Assembly (NCBI GenBank): GCA_038009385.1
Contig: JBBPCA010000011.1
Coordinates: forward strand, 12,479 to 52,478
Direction: 5' to 3'
DNA length: 40,000 bases
Origin: Hydrogenobacter sp. RSW1
GTDB lineage: Bacteria; Aquificota; Aquificia; Aquificales; Aquificaceae
Shown: positions 24,797 through 32,716 of the stretch, piece after piece
Layout: every line of letters starts with the position of its first letter
Position numbering within the stretch: the stretch's first letter is position 1
Translations under genes and position numbers: made by a program
Notes under the pieces: generated by a model
What the model saw: the letters and a program-made list of their open reading frames with translations, nothing else
The model's database searches: none
Told to the model about the DNA's origin: nothing

Positions 24797-25057
24797 TTGA
24801 TATCCTCAAAATCATATGAGAACATAAGAATACCAAACAGCAAATTGATCGAAGGGGATGAGTTGATAGGTAATAGGGGGTATAAGAACTACGAATTTGA
24901 GGATCAGCTAAAGGACGAGAGGATAGAATTCAGACTATCTGAAGGGTGTAATCTTGATGGAAAAGTTAGAGCTGTAAGTTTTAAAGGTTTTGTTTTGAAA
25001 ATCCTTATGGCTATTTTTTCTTATAATATTTCAAGGTTGGTCAAGGCAGAAGCTTAA
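24797..25057 (+). pseudogene. 3' remnant of a DDE transposase gene (same broad family as the IS at 1654-2492)
   Basis: Contains SYENIR...LIGNRGYKNYEF (compare ASYHEV...MGDRGYRGLEY in the intact IS) and ..KVRAVSFKGFVLKILMAIFSYNISRLVK, where the expected catalytic Glu position reads Ala. The upstream D1 region is missing. The open frame extends back to the methyltransferase stop. Confidence 0.6.
24991..25046 (+). repeat. 56-bp direct repeat, copy A (transposase 3' end)
   Basis: TGTTTTGAAAATCCTTATGGCTATTTTTTCTTATAATATTTCAAGGTTGGTCAAGG recurs at 27536-27591 with 3 mismatches in the aligned part. Confidence 0.85.
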
Positions 25058-25162
25058 GCTATTTTAGCTAAAATTTTAAGAATATTAAGCCTTTATTTTT
25101 CTGAAAATTTAGACAAATTTAGGTTAAAATAACAATGTTTATGATGAGGAGGTGAAAAACAG

Positions 25163-26416
25163 TTGACAATTTATGTTGAAAGGTATATGGAGGACCGGGA
25201 GAGAAACTATGTAGAGCACGAAATAATTCTCCGAAAAGCGGTTTTAAAAATCCCAAGTTCTAACTTTGGGGTGTTTTCCCTTTACAAGTATCCTGCAAAG
25301 TTCATCTCACAGGTGCCTGCCTTTGTGATGGAAAACTATGCTAAAAAAGGCATGAAGGTTTTTGACCCCTTTGCGGGCTTTGGAACGGTGGGCTATACTG
25401 CACGGCTTTATGGGCTTGAGTATGAACTCTGGGACTTAAACCCACTGCTTGAATATTTTCACTCCCTTTGTGAGATAGAGCCTAAACCTTTAGACAAAAG
25501 CTTGGTTGATAAAATCAAAGCTCACTCTCAAGAGTTTATTCCAGACTGGTCTAACCTTGAATACTGGCATCCAGTGGAGTTTATTTCACTTCTCTCTAAG
25601 GCTTGGGGCTTCTATCACAAAGATGCGGACGAATACACTAAAAAACTTCTACTAATTCCCCTTCTAAAGCTTACAAAATATTTCTCTTATGCAGACGAAA
25701 AGGTTCACAAACTTTACAAGTCAAAATATGCCAAAGGGAAGGTTGAAAAGCTGTTAAAGGAAGACTACAAAGCACTATTTTATAGCCTACTCGAAAAGGA
25801 ACTTGGAAATTTACAGCAAAAGCTAAAGGAGTATCAAAGCCTGAATCCCAAAAAGGTAAATTGCAAGGTAAAGGCAGGTGTTGATGTTCTGGAGGAGGAC
25901 TTAGAAGAGCCTGTGAATATTCTAATAACTTCTCCACCCTACCTGCAAGCTCAGGAGTACATAAGGACTACAAAGTTAGAACTTTTTTGGCTGGGCTTTA
26001 AAGAGGACTATATCCGTAGCTTAGCAAAGAAAGAAATTCCATACAGAGATGTTCCAAAAGTTGAAATTTTTTCTGATACATACCATACCTACAGAACACT
26101 TATTGAGGAAAAACATTTGCTTGAACTTTATGACAATTACTTTTTTGCAATTCTTTCTGTATTTAAAAAGCTATCCAAGAAAGTGTTGGATTATATGTTT
26201 ATCTTTGTGGGACCGGCAAAAATAAGAGGGCAGAAAGTCCCAATACATCAGGTCGTCATCCAGCACATGGAAGGCAAGGGTGATTGGGTGCATGAAAGAA
26301 CTTACATAGACAAGATCGTATCAAGGGTTATGTTTTCCACAGAAAAGAACCCTGCCACAGGAATAGAAGACCAAAGGATAGATAAAGAGTATTTAGTAGT
26401 TTTGAAAAGGAGATAA
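25163..26416 (+). CDS. DNA methyltransferase (N4-cytosine or N6-adenine) with an SPPY catalytic motif
   Basis: TTG start 7 nt after AGGAGGTG. Has YPAKF..(20 aa)..VFDPFAGFGTVGYTARLYG (AdoMet-binding, D68 at 25364) and ILITSPPYLQAQEY (S257-Y260, 25931-25942). Confidence 0.8.
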   Translation: MTIYVERYMEDRERNYVEHEIILRKAVLKIPSSNFGVFSLYKYPAKFISQVPAFVMENYAKKGMKVFDPFAGFGTVGYTARLYGLEYELWDLNPLLEYFHSLCEIEPKPLDKSLVDKIKAHSQEFIPDWSNLEYWHPVEFISLLSKAWGFYHKDADEYTKKLLLIPLLKLTKYFSYADEKVHKLYKSKYAKGKVEKLLKEDYKALFYSLLEKELGNLQQKLKEYQSLNPKKVNCKVKAGVDVLEEDLEEPVNILITSPPYLQAQEYIRTTKLELFWLGFKEDYIRSLAKKEIPYRDVPKVEIFSDTYHTYRTLIEEKHLLELYDNYFFAILSVFKKLSKKVLDYMFIFVGPAKIRGQKVPIHQVVIQHMEGKGDWVHERTYIDKIVSRVMFSTEKNPATGIEDQRIDKEYLVVLKRR

Positions 26417-26421
26417 GCTGG

Positions 26422-26724
26422 ATGTTCTTAACAAAGGGACATTTAGCTTCTCCCAACAAGTTTAAGGAGTTAGAAGATTTAAGGAACTTTTTGTCTAAGC
26501 TTAAGGCAGATTATAAACTTCCCTTTGACGAAGAAGATTTATCAATGCTTTTACTGTCCGTTCTTAGATGCGATGATATTAGCAGTAGTTATGGCATACT
26601 GAAGAAAAAAGGGAAAAGGAGATATATAGATGAATTAAAAGTAAAAGCGTGGTTAGAGGAAAAGATCCTGAAATTCTTAAGCTACTACTCTTTTCTATTG
26701 AGATCACTTATAGCATGTTTTTAG
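26422..26724 (+). CDS. hypothetical 100-aa ORF, either a separate small gene or the N-terminal part of a frameshifted nuclease gene
   Basis: AAGGAGA RBS 9 nt upstream of the ATG, which lies 5 nt after the methyltransferase stop. Overlaps the next open frame across 26634-26724. Confidence 0.45.
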   Translation: MFLTKGHLASPNKFKELEDLRNFLSKLKADYKLPFDEEDLSMLLLSVLRCDDISSSYGILKKKGKRRYIDELKVKAWLEEKILKFLSYYSFLLRSLIACF

Positions 26725-27359
26725 GAGAGAGTAGGGCTACTCTAATGCAAAAAGGATTTAGGGAAAGAAGAAGGAGCTTTGAAGCTATAGTGGTGGATCA
26801 ATTTGTAGGAAAGCTCGGAGAGGTTGCGGTCAAAAGATTTTTGGAAGATCATTTCAATGTAAATGTAGAGCTGGACTGGGATATTTCTCCGCAAAGGGAA
26901 AGGCACATAAACGATATAAAGAACGCAAATAAACTTATAAGCATAAAAACTTCTCCAAGTTTGGCAGGTATATGGGCTGAGGCGGATAAGGGATACGGTT
27001 ACGGAATAATGGTTAAATGTTCCGTCCCACTCCATCCTCTTCTGCAGTTCTTTATTGAGGTGTGTGGTTTTAGAAATCTCTTAGACTTCGCCAAAGAAAG
27101 GTTAGGTTCAGAAGCCTTCTATGTGGATAGCATTAGAAATAGAATATTTAGCAGTGCGCAATGCGGTCAGATAAAGACAAACTTTGTATGTTATGTTTGT
27201 GGGTATTTTGAAGTTTCGGATGAAAACCTGAGAAAAGAGGGAGAAATACTTGAATATTTGGGAGAAGTAAGAGAAGAAAGGCACTTGGTTAGGATAGATG
27301 AGCTAAAATATACGCAAGATAGCTGGGGAGAGTTTATAAAGTCAGTGGAGCTTTACTAA
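26649..27359 (+). CDS. putative PD-(D/E)xK-type restriction endonuclease (C-terminal part or stand-alone)
   Basis: GKLGEVAVKRFLEDHF..VELDWDI..HINDIKNANKLISIKTS (D at 26913, S-I-K at 26940-26948) resembles the E...D...(E/S)xK nuclease core. Internal candidate starts are at 26715 and 26745. No family recognised. Confidence 0.5.
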   Translation: MVRGKDPEILKLLLFSIEITYSMFLGESRATLMQKGFRERRRSFEAIVVDQFVGKLGEVAVKRFLEDHFNVNVELDWDISPQRERHINDIKNANKLISIKTSPSLAGIWAEADKGYGYGIMVKCSVPLHPLLQFFIEVCGFRNLLDFAKERLGSEAFYVDSIRNRIFSSAQCGQIKTNFVCYVCGYFEVSDENLRKEGEILEYLGEVREERHLVRIDELKYTQDSWGEFIKSVELY

Positions 27360-27482
27360 AACCTGCAAGAAAGCTCTATCTTCTATAAAGTGGAGATGAA
27401 TTGTGAAAGATTGAACTATACAGAACTTTTGAAGGGAAGATAAAATGCGATGACGATAGTTTTATTTGTGAGTTTTGGTTAA

Positions 27483-27598
27483 GACGAGGAAAAAGAGAAA
27501 GCTACAAGAAGGAAGAAAATAGAAACCTTAGGGTCTGTTTTGAAAATCTTTATGGCTATTTTTTCTTATAACATTTCAAGGTTGGTGAAGGTGGCAAC
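27483..27598 (+). pseudogene. short 3' remnant of a DDE transposase gene
   Basis: Translates to ..ATRRKKIETLGSVLKIFMAIFSYNISRLVKV.., which keeps the R..IE..(F)..LK catalytic-Glu block. It has no upstream catalytic region and abuts the gcvPA stop codon. Confidence 0.5.
27536..27591 (+). repeat. 56-bp direct repeat, copy B
   Basis: TGTTTTGAAAATCTTTATGGCTATTTTTTCTTATAACATTTCAAGGTTGGTGAAGG, matching 24991-25046. Confidence 0.85.
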
Positions 27599-28927
27599 TC
27601 AAGTTATTATAATCTCTCTTCTTATGAGCTTGATAAGTTCATCCATCTCTTTTCTTGTTCTTTTCTCTGTAACTGCCACAAGAAGAGTGTCTTTGTAGCC
27701 AAACCTTTCTAAGGGTATCCCAAACAGGTAGCCTTTTTCAAGAAGTTCTCTATAAAGGTTTGAGACTTTATTTTTCCTTATAGGAAACTCCCACAGATGT
27801 TTTCCCATGTATAACTCTTCAAACCCTAAGGAGACAAGCTTGTCTTTTAGATACATAGCCTTTGAAATGCTCTGTTTTGCAACTTCTCTCATACCTTCCT
27901 TTCCTAAAAGGACCATGTAGATGAGGTTTGCAAGAGCCATGAGATTTTGGTTTGTACATATGTTTGATGTGGCCCTTTCTCTTCTTATGTGTTGCTCCCT
28001 TGTCTGAAGCACAAGAGTAAAAGCCCTCTTTCCATCTATATCTTCTCCAAGTCCCACAAGCCTTCCTGGCATCTTCCTTAAGTGTTCTACCTTTACAGCA
28101 AAAAAACCCACATAAGGTCCACCAAAGCTTAAAGGCAGTCCCATCTGTTGCCCTTCACCGACCACTATGTCCGCTCCGTAATCTCCTGGAGGTCTAAGTA
28201 CGGAAAGAGCTATGGGATCTGCGACTACTACAAAGGGTACCTGATAGCTCTTTACTGTTTTTCCTATTTCTTCCAGAGGCTCAACAAAACCTAAAAAGTT
28301 AGGGTACTGCACCGCTACCGCATGAACTTCACCCCTTTTGAGGGAGTCATCCAGGAGTTTAACATCTGTGTATCCGTTTTCTCCAATAGGTATTAAATCT
28401 ACCTCATCCTGATAGCCCAAAAGGTAAGTCTTTACAACTTCCCTGTAGAGGGGGTTTATACCTTCTGAAAGTAGAACTCTACTCCCCTTGCCCTTTATAG
28501 CTCTTGCCATAAGGATGGCAGATGCCAAAGCTGAAGCACCATCGTACATGCTTGCATTGGCTACATCCATACCTGTAAGCTCGCATATGAGTGTTTGGTA
28601 CTCAAAAATAGCTTGAAGTGTACCTTGGGACGCTTCGGCCTGATAGGGCGTGTATGCGGTTAAAAACTCCCCCCTGCTAAGTATCTGCCATACCGCAGAG
28701 GGTATTATCCTGTCGTAAGCTCCAAACCCGGCAAAACACACAAGCTCCCTGTTTCCTTTGGATAGCTCCTTAAAATACCTCCTTACTTCTTCTTCAGTCA
28801 TAGGCGGTTCTAAGTTGGGGGATTCTAAAAGATGAGGGTCTATATGGGAGAAAAGATCATCTAAGGATGAAAGTCCAAGTTGTTCTAAGGCTCTCTGCAG
28901 GTCATCCTGCGAGTGGGGTATGTACAT
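27599..28927 (-). CDS. gcvPA: glycine dehydrogenase (decarboxylating) subunit 1
   Basis: MYIPHSQDDLQRALEQLG.., FLGAG-type region GFGAYD, TAYTPYQAEASQGTLQAIFEYQT. 442 aa. TAATG junction with gcvH. Confidence 0.9.
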   Translation of the reverse strand: MYIPHSQDDLQRALEQLGLSSLDDLFSHIDPHLLESPNLEPPMTEEEVRRYFKELSKGNRELVCFAGFGAYDRIIPSAVWQILSRGEFLTAYTPYQAEASQGTLQAIFEYQTLICELTGMDVANASMYDGASALASAILMARAIKGKGSRVLLSEGINPLYREVVKTYLLGYQDEVDLIPIGENGYTDVKLLDDSLKRGEVHAVAVQYPNFLGFVEPLEEIGKTVKSYQVPFVVVADPIALSVLRPPGDYGADIVVGEGQQMGLPLSFGGPYVGFFAVKVEHLRKMPGRLVGLGEDIDGKRAFTLVLQTREQHIRRERATSNICTNQNLMALANLIYMVLLGKEGMREVAKQSISKAMYLKDKLVSLGFEELYMGKHLWEFPIRKNKVSNLYRELLEKGYLFGIPLERFGYKDTLLVAVTEKRTRKEMDELIKLIRREIIIT

Positions 28928-29457
28928 TACCTTTCCTTCTCTTCGTAAGGATGTTCCTCTTCAGGGAGCGCTTCAAGGGATTCTTCTATGGTAGGAGTTA
29001 TTTCTTCTTCTGGTATCTCAAGGGATATATTCTCTCCCTTTTCCTCTTTTACTATCTCAACAAGCAGCTCAGCATAATCCTGCGCAGGCATAAGGTCTTC
29101 CACCTCCATAGGGTCGGAAAGCTCAAGCACCGCTATCCATCCATCATCGTATGGTGATTCGTTTATAAGGTGTGGCTCATCTGAAAGTTGTTCGTTAACT
29201 TCCACAACCGTGCCAGACAGGGGTGAGTATACGGGTGCCACATTTTTAACAGATTCTATGTTAGCAATGGTGTCCGCACTCTCAAAGCTTTGTCCTACAG
29301 AGGGCAGGTCTACATAGACTATGTCCCCCAGTTCCTTCTGGGCATAGTCCGTTATACCTATCCATGCCTTGTTTCCTTTAATGAGAGCCCATTCGTGGTC
29401 TTTGGTGTAATACCTGTCTGTTCTTACCGTATACTTTCCAACAGTTATCTCATCCAT
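28927..29457 (-). CDS. gcvH: glycine cleavage system H protein with an acidic C-terminal extension
   Basis: YTKDHEWA, GITDYAQKELGDIVYVDLP and the lipoyl-lysine motif IESVKNVAPVYSPLSG. At 176 aa it is longer than the ~125-130 aa typical of GcvH. Confidence 0.88.
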   Translation of the reverse strand: MDEITVGKYTVRTDRYYTKDHEWALIKGNKAWIGITDYAQKELGDIVYVDLPSVGQSFESADTIANIESVKNVAPVYSPLSGTVVEVNEQLSDEPHLINESPYDDGWIAVLELSDPMEVEDLMPAQDYAELLVEIVKEEKGENISLEIPEEEITPTIEESLEALPEEEHPYEEKER

Positions 29458-29950
29458 GACAAACCTCCTGTAAAACCTCGTAATCTATTCCGTATTCTTC
29501 TTTTACCAACTTCATCACATCCAAAAAGTCCATCTCTTCATTTATAAACTTTTCCATAGTTCTAATTATATAGTCCAAGTCTATAAGCTTCAGGAGAGCT
29601 ATACCTTTCCAACACCTTTCTGCGGTCAAGAGGTTTTTTCGTCTTTGGCTTATGAAGTTTAGTATTTTTTCCTTGGTGATAAGTTCCTTGCCGTCAAGCA
29701 CAAGCACATCGTGTCCCCTGAGTTTTCTCAACCCTTTGTATATTCCATAAAGAAGGGTTCCCTTATCGTTTCTCATAAAAACCAGTTCGGGAAACTTGTC
29801 AAATAGGTGTTTCATCTCTGATGTTATCACTGCGTAAAGGCTGTCTGGACCTACAAACTTCTTCAGAAGGCTTAACTCTCTTTCCAGTTTGCTTACCAAT
29901 CTCTGGTCCTCCGTGAGCTTTGCGTACAAGACTATAAGAACTTTTATCAT
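29450..29950 (-). CDS. hypothetical protein
   Basis: 166-aa ORF overlapping the gcvH start by 8 nt. No confident family. Confidence 0.45.
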   Translation of the reverse strand: MIKVLIVLYAKLTEDQRLVSKLERELSLLKKFVGPDSLYAVITSEMKHLFDKFPELVFMRNDKGTLLYGIYKGLRKLRGHDVLVLDGKELITKEKILNFISQRRKNLLTAERCWKGIALLKLIDLDYIIRTMEKFINEEMDFLDVMKLVKEEYGIDYEVLQEVCHG

Positions 29951-29992
29951 CAGTTATAATATTATAAGGTTTGCTTGCTTTTGGAGGTGGAA

Positions 29993-31099
29993 ATGTCTAA
30001 GAAAATAAAAGTTGCCATAGTAGGAGTAGGTAATTGTGCAAGCTCCCTTGTTCAAGGTATCTACTATTATAAAAAAAACCAAAATGCTAATGTGAACGGT
30101 CTTATGTTTGAAGATGTGGGAGGGTACAAACCGTATGATGTTGAGGTAGTCGCCGCTTGGGACATTGACGCTCGTAAAGTAGGTAAAGATTTATCAGAGG
30201 CCATATTCTCACCACCTAACTGTACAGCCATTTTTGAAAGGGACATTCCCAAAAAAGGTGTAAAAGTCAGGATGGGAAAAGTTCTTGATGGTTTAGCAGA
30301 GCACATGAAACACTATCCACCAGAGAGAAGTTTTGTGCTTGCGGAAGAAAAGGAGGATGAACTTGAAGATGTAGTAAGGGTTTTGAAAGAAACAGGAGCT
30401 GAAATACTCATTAACTATGTTCCAGTAGGTTCTGAGCAAGCTGCAAGGTTTTATGCAGAAGCTTGCTTAAAAGCAGGGGTATCTTTTATCAACGGTATGC
30501 CTGCTTTTATAGTTTCTGATCCAGAGTGGGCTGAAAGGTTTGAAAAAGAAGGTATTCCGGTAGTAGGAGATGACATAAAGTCTCAGGTGGGAGCTACCAT
30601 ACTTCACAGGTCTCTTGTTCAACTTTTTATAGACAGAGGTGTAAAGATAGAAAGGACTTACCAACTTAACTTTGGTGGCAATACAGACTTTTTGAATATG
30701 TTAGAGAGAGAAAGGCTAAAAACAAAGAAACAATCTAAAACTCAGGCAGTTTCTTCTCTGATCCCTTATCCTATAAGTGAGTACGACATACACATAGGAC
30801 CTTCTGATTGGGTACCTTGGCTAAATGACAGAAAGATAGCTTACATAAGGATAGAAGGCAAGCAGTTTGGTGATGTTCCCATGTATGTAGAGTTAAAGCT
30901 TGATGTAGAAGATTCCCCAAATAGTGCAGGTTCTATGATGGATGCCATAAGATGTTGTAAGCTTGCAAGAGACAGAGGCATAGGTGGACCACTGTATTCT
31001 ATCAGTGCCTACACCATGAAACATCCTCCTGTGCAGTATCCAGACTTTCAAGCAAGAAAGATGGTAGAAGAGTTCATAAGGGGCGAAAGGGAAAGATGA
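29993..31099 (+). CDS. ino1: myo-inositol-1-phosphate synthase (archaeal/bacterial short type)
   Basis: MSKKIKVAIVGVGNCASSLVQGIYYY, GDDIKSQVGATILHR and NFGGNTDF. Start placed at the ATG at 29993, after GGAGGTGG. Confidence 0.88.
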   Translation: MSKKIKVAIVGVGNCASSLVQGIYYYKKNQNANVNGLMFEDVGGYKPYDVEVVAAWDIDARKVGKDLSEAIFSPPNCTAIFERDIPKKGVKVRMGKVLDGLAEHMKHYPPERSFVLAEEKEDELEDVVRVLKETGAEILINYVPVGSEQAARFYAEACLKAGVSFINGMPAFIVSDPEWAERFEKEGIPVVGDDIKSQVGATILHRSLVQLFIDRGVKIERTYQLNFGGNTDFLNMLERERLKTKKQSKTQAVSSLIPYPISEYDIHIGPSDWVPWLNDRKIAYIRIEGKQFGDVPMYVELKLDVEDSPNSAGSMMDAIRCCKLARDRGIGGPLYSISAYTMKHPPVQYPDFQARKMVEEFIRGERER

Positions 31100-31117
31100 A
31101 AAATACGGGGGATATGC

Positions 31118-31726
31118 TTGGCTTTTGAAGACATTTTCCCCAAGCCTATTAAAGAAGCCATAGAGAGCATAACCAAAATACCCACCTACGGTGAGAGGGG
31201 TGCCAGCAGGTTTGTTTACAACCTTCTTAAAGTTCTACCAGAGGATAAAACCCTTATAGTGGATACGCTTCAAAACTTGGTAAAAAGCATCAAAAATTGT
31301 TCTGAATGTGGGATACTCACAGACAGAGATGTGTGCGCCATATGTTCTGACAGTAAACGCAGTAAAAAATTCATATGCGTAGTTGAGGAGTCCCAGGACG
31401 CTTATGCCATAGAAAAACTTGAAAGATACACCGGTGTTTATCACATCCTAGGTGGCAGGATAGCACCGCTGGAAGGTATATCTGCCCAAGAACTTAGCAT
31501 AGACAAACTTCTTGAAAGAATAGAAAAATACAAACCTAAGGAGGTTATAATAGCAACCAACCCAAATGTGGAAGGTGAAGCAACAGCCAATTACATTATA
31601 AAATTACTAAGAAAACAATTTCCCCATCTGAAGATAACGAGAATATCCTATGGACTGCAGTTTGGCAGTTTCATTGAGTTTGCAGATGAGATTTCCCTTG
31701 AAAAGTCCTTAGAAAACAGGAAGTAA
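31118..31726 (+). CDS. recR: recombination protein RecR
   Basis: Zn-finger CSECGILTDRDVCAICSD, Toprim ICVVEESQDAYAIEK and ATNPNVEGEATANYI. TTG start per the ORF track. Confidence 0.9.
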   Translation: MAFEDIFPKPIKEAIESITKIPTYGERGASRFVYNLLKVLPEDKTLIVDTLQNLVKSIKNCSECGILTDRDVCAICSDSKRSKKFICVVEESQDAYAIEKLERYTGVYHILGGRIAPLEGISAQELSIDKLLERIEKYKPKEVIIATNPNVEGEATANYIIKLLRKQFPHLKITRISYGLQFGSFIEFADEISLEKSLENRK

Positions 31727-31799
31727 ATTCTATTTATTTTTAGAACAGCCTCCATTACTCTATAGACAACTTTTCTCAAGAGAGGTTAAAATAATTATC

Positions 31800-32216
31800 A
31801 TGACTGGGTACGAGACAATAAACTATCTGAGTCTTATAACTATAGGGATAAGTGGACTCTCTATAATTGCCGGGCTTTACTTTATTAAGACGGGGAGAAG
31901 AGAATTACACAGAAAAGCTATGATAAATGCATCTGTGTTTGCCCTTTTGTTTGTAGCTCTTTACCTTCTAAAAAACGCCCTTTTCCCCACTTCTAAGTAT
32001 GAAGGACCATACAGAAGCCTTTTCTTGTTTATACTTTGGTCGCATACTGCACTTGCTATACTGAACTTTCCCCTTGCTGTGATCACTTTAAGATACGCTT
32101 TAAAAGGGGTTTTTGATAAACACAAGAGGATAGCACCCATCACTGCAGGGGTTTGGCTTTATGTGGCTTTTACTGGCTGGCTCATATACTTCTTTATGCA
32201 GTGGTTAAACCAGTGA
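31800..32216 (+). CDS. DUF420 family membrane protein
   Basis: 138 aa with four hydrophobic helices. The HRKAM and WSHTALAI patterns are consistent with DUF420 as I recall it. Confidence 0.6.
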   Translation: MTGYETINYLSLITIGISGLSIIAGLYFIKTGRRELHRKAMINASVFALLFVALYLLKNALFPTSKYEGPYRSLFLFILWSHTALAILNFPLAVITLRYALKGVFDKHKRIAPITAGVWLYVAFTGWLIYFFMQWLNQ

Positions 32217-32651
32217 ATGGGAACACCCATCGCACACGCCAAATATCTCAAGTCTGTGATTGATGGGGGTAAATTTATACTCCTCACAAACCTTGTCTTG
32301 GATTTCCTCTATGTCCTCTCTATAAAACTCTATGATCTTACCGCACTTTACACATATGAGATGTTCGTGGTGAGGCTTACCTGCGATAAACTCGTATATG
32401 GTCCTGTTACCGAGTTTTATAACTTCCCTTATAGCACCAAACTCTTGAAGAAGCTTAACAGTTCTGTATATGGTAGACCTTGAAGCCACACCCTTATCTT
32501 GATTGCTCACCCACACAACAAGCTGTTCTATTTCAAAGTGAGATCCATAACTTGCTATCTTGTCTATAAGCTCAAGCCGGCTTTTGGTAACCTTATAACC
32601 CTTTTGTTTGAGAAACTGTTCAAACTTCTGTTTCAATTCATCTAGCTGCAT
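32205..32651 (-). CDS. fur: Fur-family metalloregulator (Fur/Zur/PerR not distinguished)
   Basis: Winged-helix region RSTIYRTVKLLQEFG, metal sites HHEHLICVKCGKIIEF and CDGC. Start placed at the ATG at 32651 (MQLDELKQ) rather than the TTG at 32669. Confidence 0.85.
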   Translation of the reverse strand: MQLDELKQKFEQFLKQKGYKVTKSRLELIDKIASYGSHFEIEQLVVWVSNQDKGVASRSTIYRTVKLLQEFGAIREVIKLGNRTIYEFIAGKPHHEHLICVKCGKIIEFYREDIEEIQDKVCEEYKFTPINHRLEIFGVCDGCSHSLV

Positions 32652-32666
32652 ACCATTAATATAGCT

Positions 32667-32683
32667 CAAATGAATTTCATTTG
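32667..32683. promoter_or_regulatory. perfect 8-1-8 palindrome, candidate Fur-family operator
   Basis: CAAATGAA-T-TTCATTTG lies 16 nt upstream of the fur ATG, in the 65-bp fur/hemC divergent intergenic region. A TATAAT hexamer at 32701-32706 faces hemC. Confidence 0.5.
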
Positions 32684-32716
32684 CAATAATTTTGTTTATG
32701 TATAATAGGAACTATC

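Noticed and set aside
27599-27601. The idea that the R-M island insertion separated gcvPA from a formerly adjacent gcvPB.
   Set aside because: Nothing in the window shows a gcvPB fragment, and glycine-cleavage genes are often dispersed in Aquificae. It cannot be supported from this sequence.
29450-29950. The 166-aa ORF between ino1 and gcvH as a degenerate MobA-like nucleotidyltransferase, possibly linked to inositol-phosphate (DIP) metabolism.
   Set aside because: Only a weak resemblance in the second half (GTLLYGIYKGLRKL..DVLVLDG). The N-terminal GxGxR nucleotide-binding loop is absent, and the gene is co-oriented with gcvH, not ino1. This is too weak to claim without a profile search.
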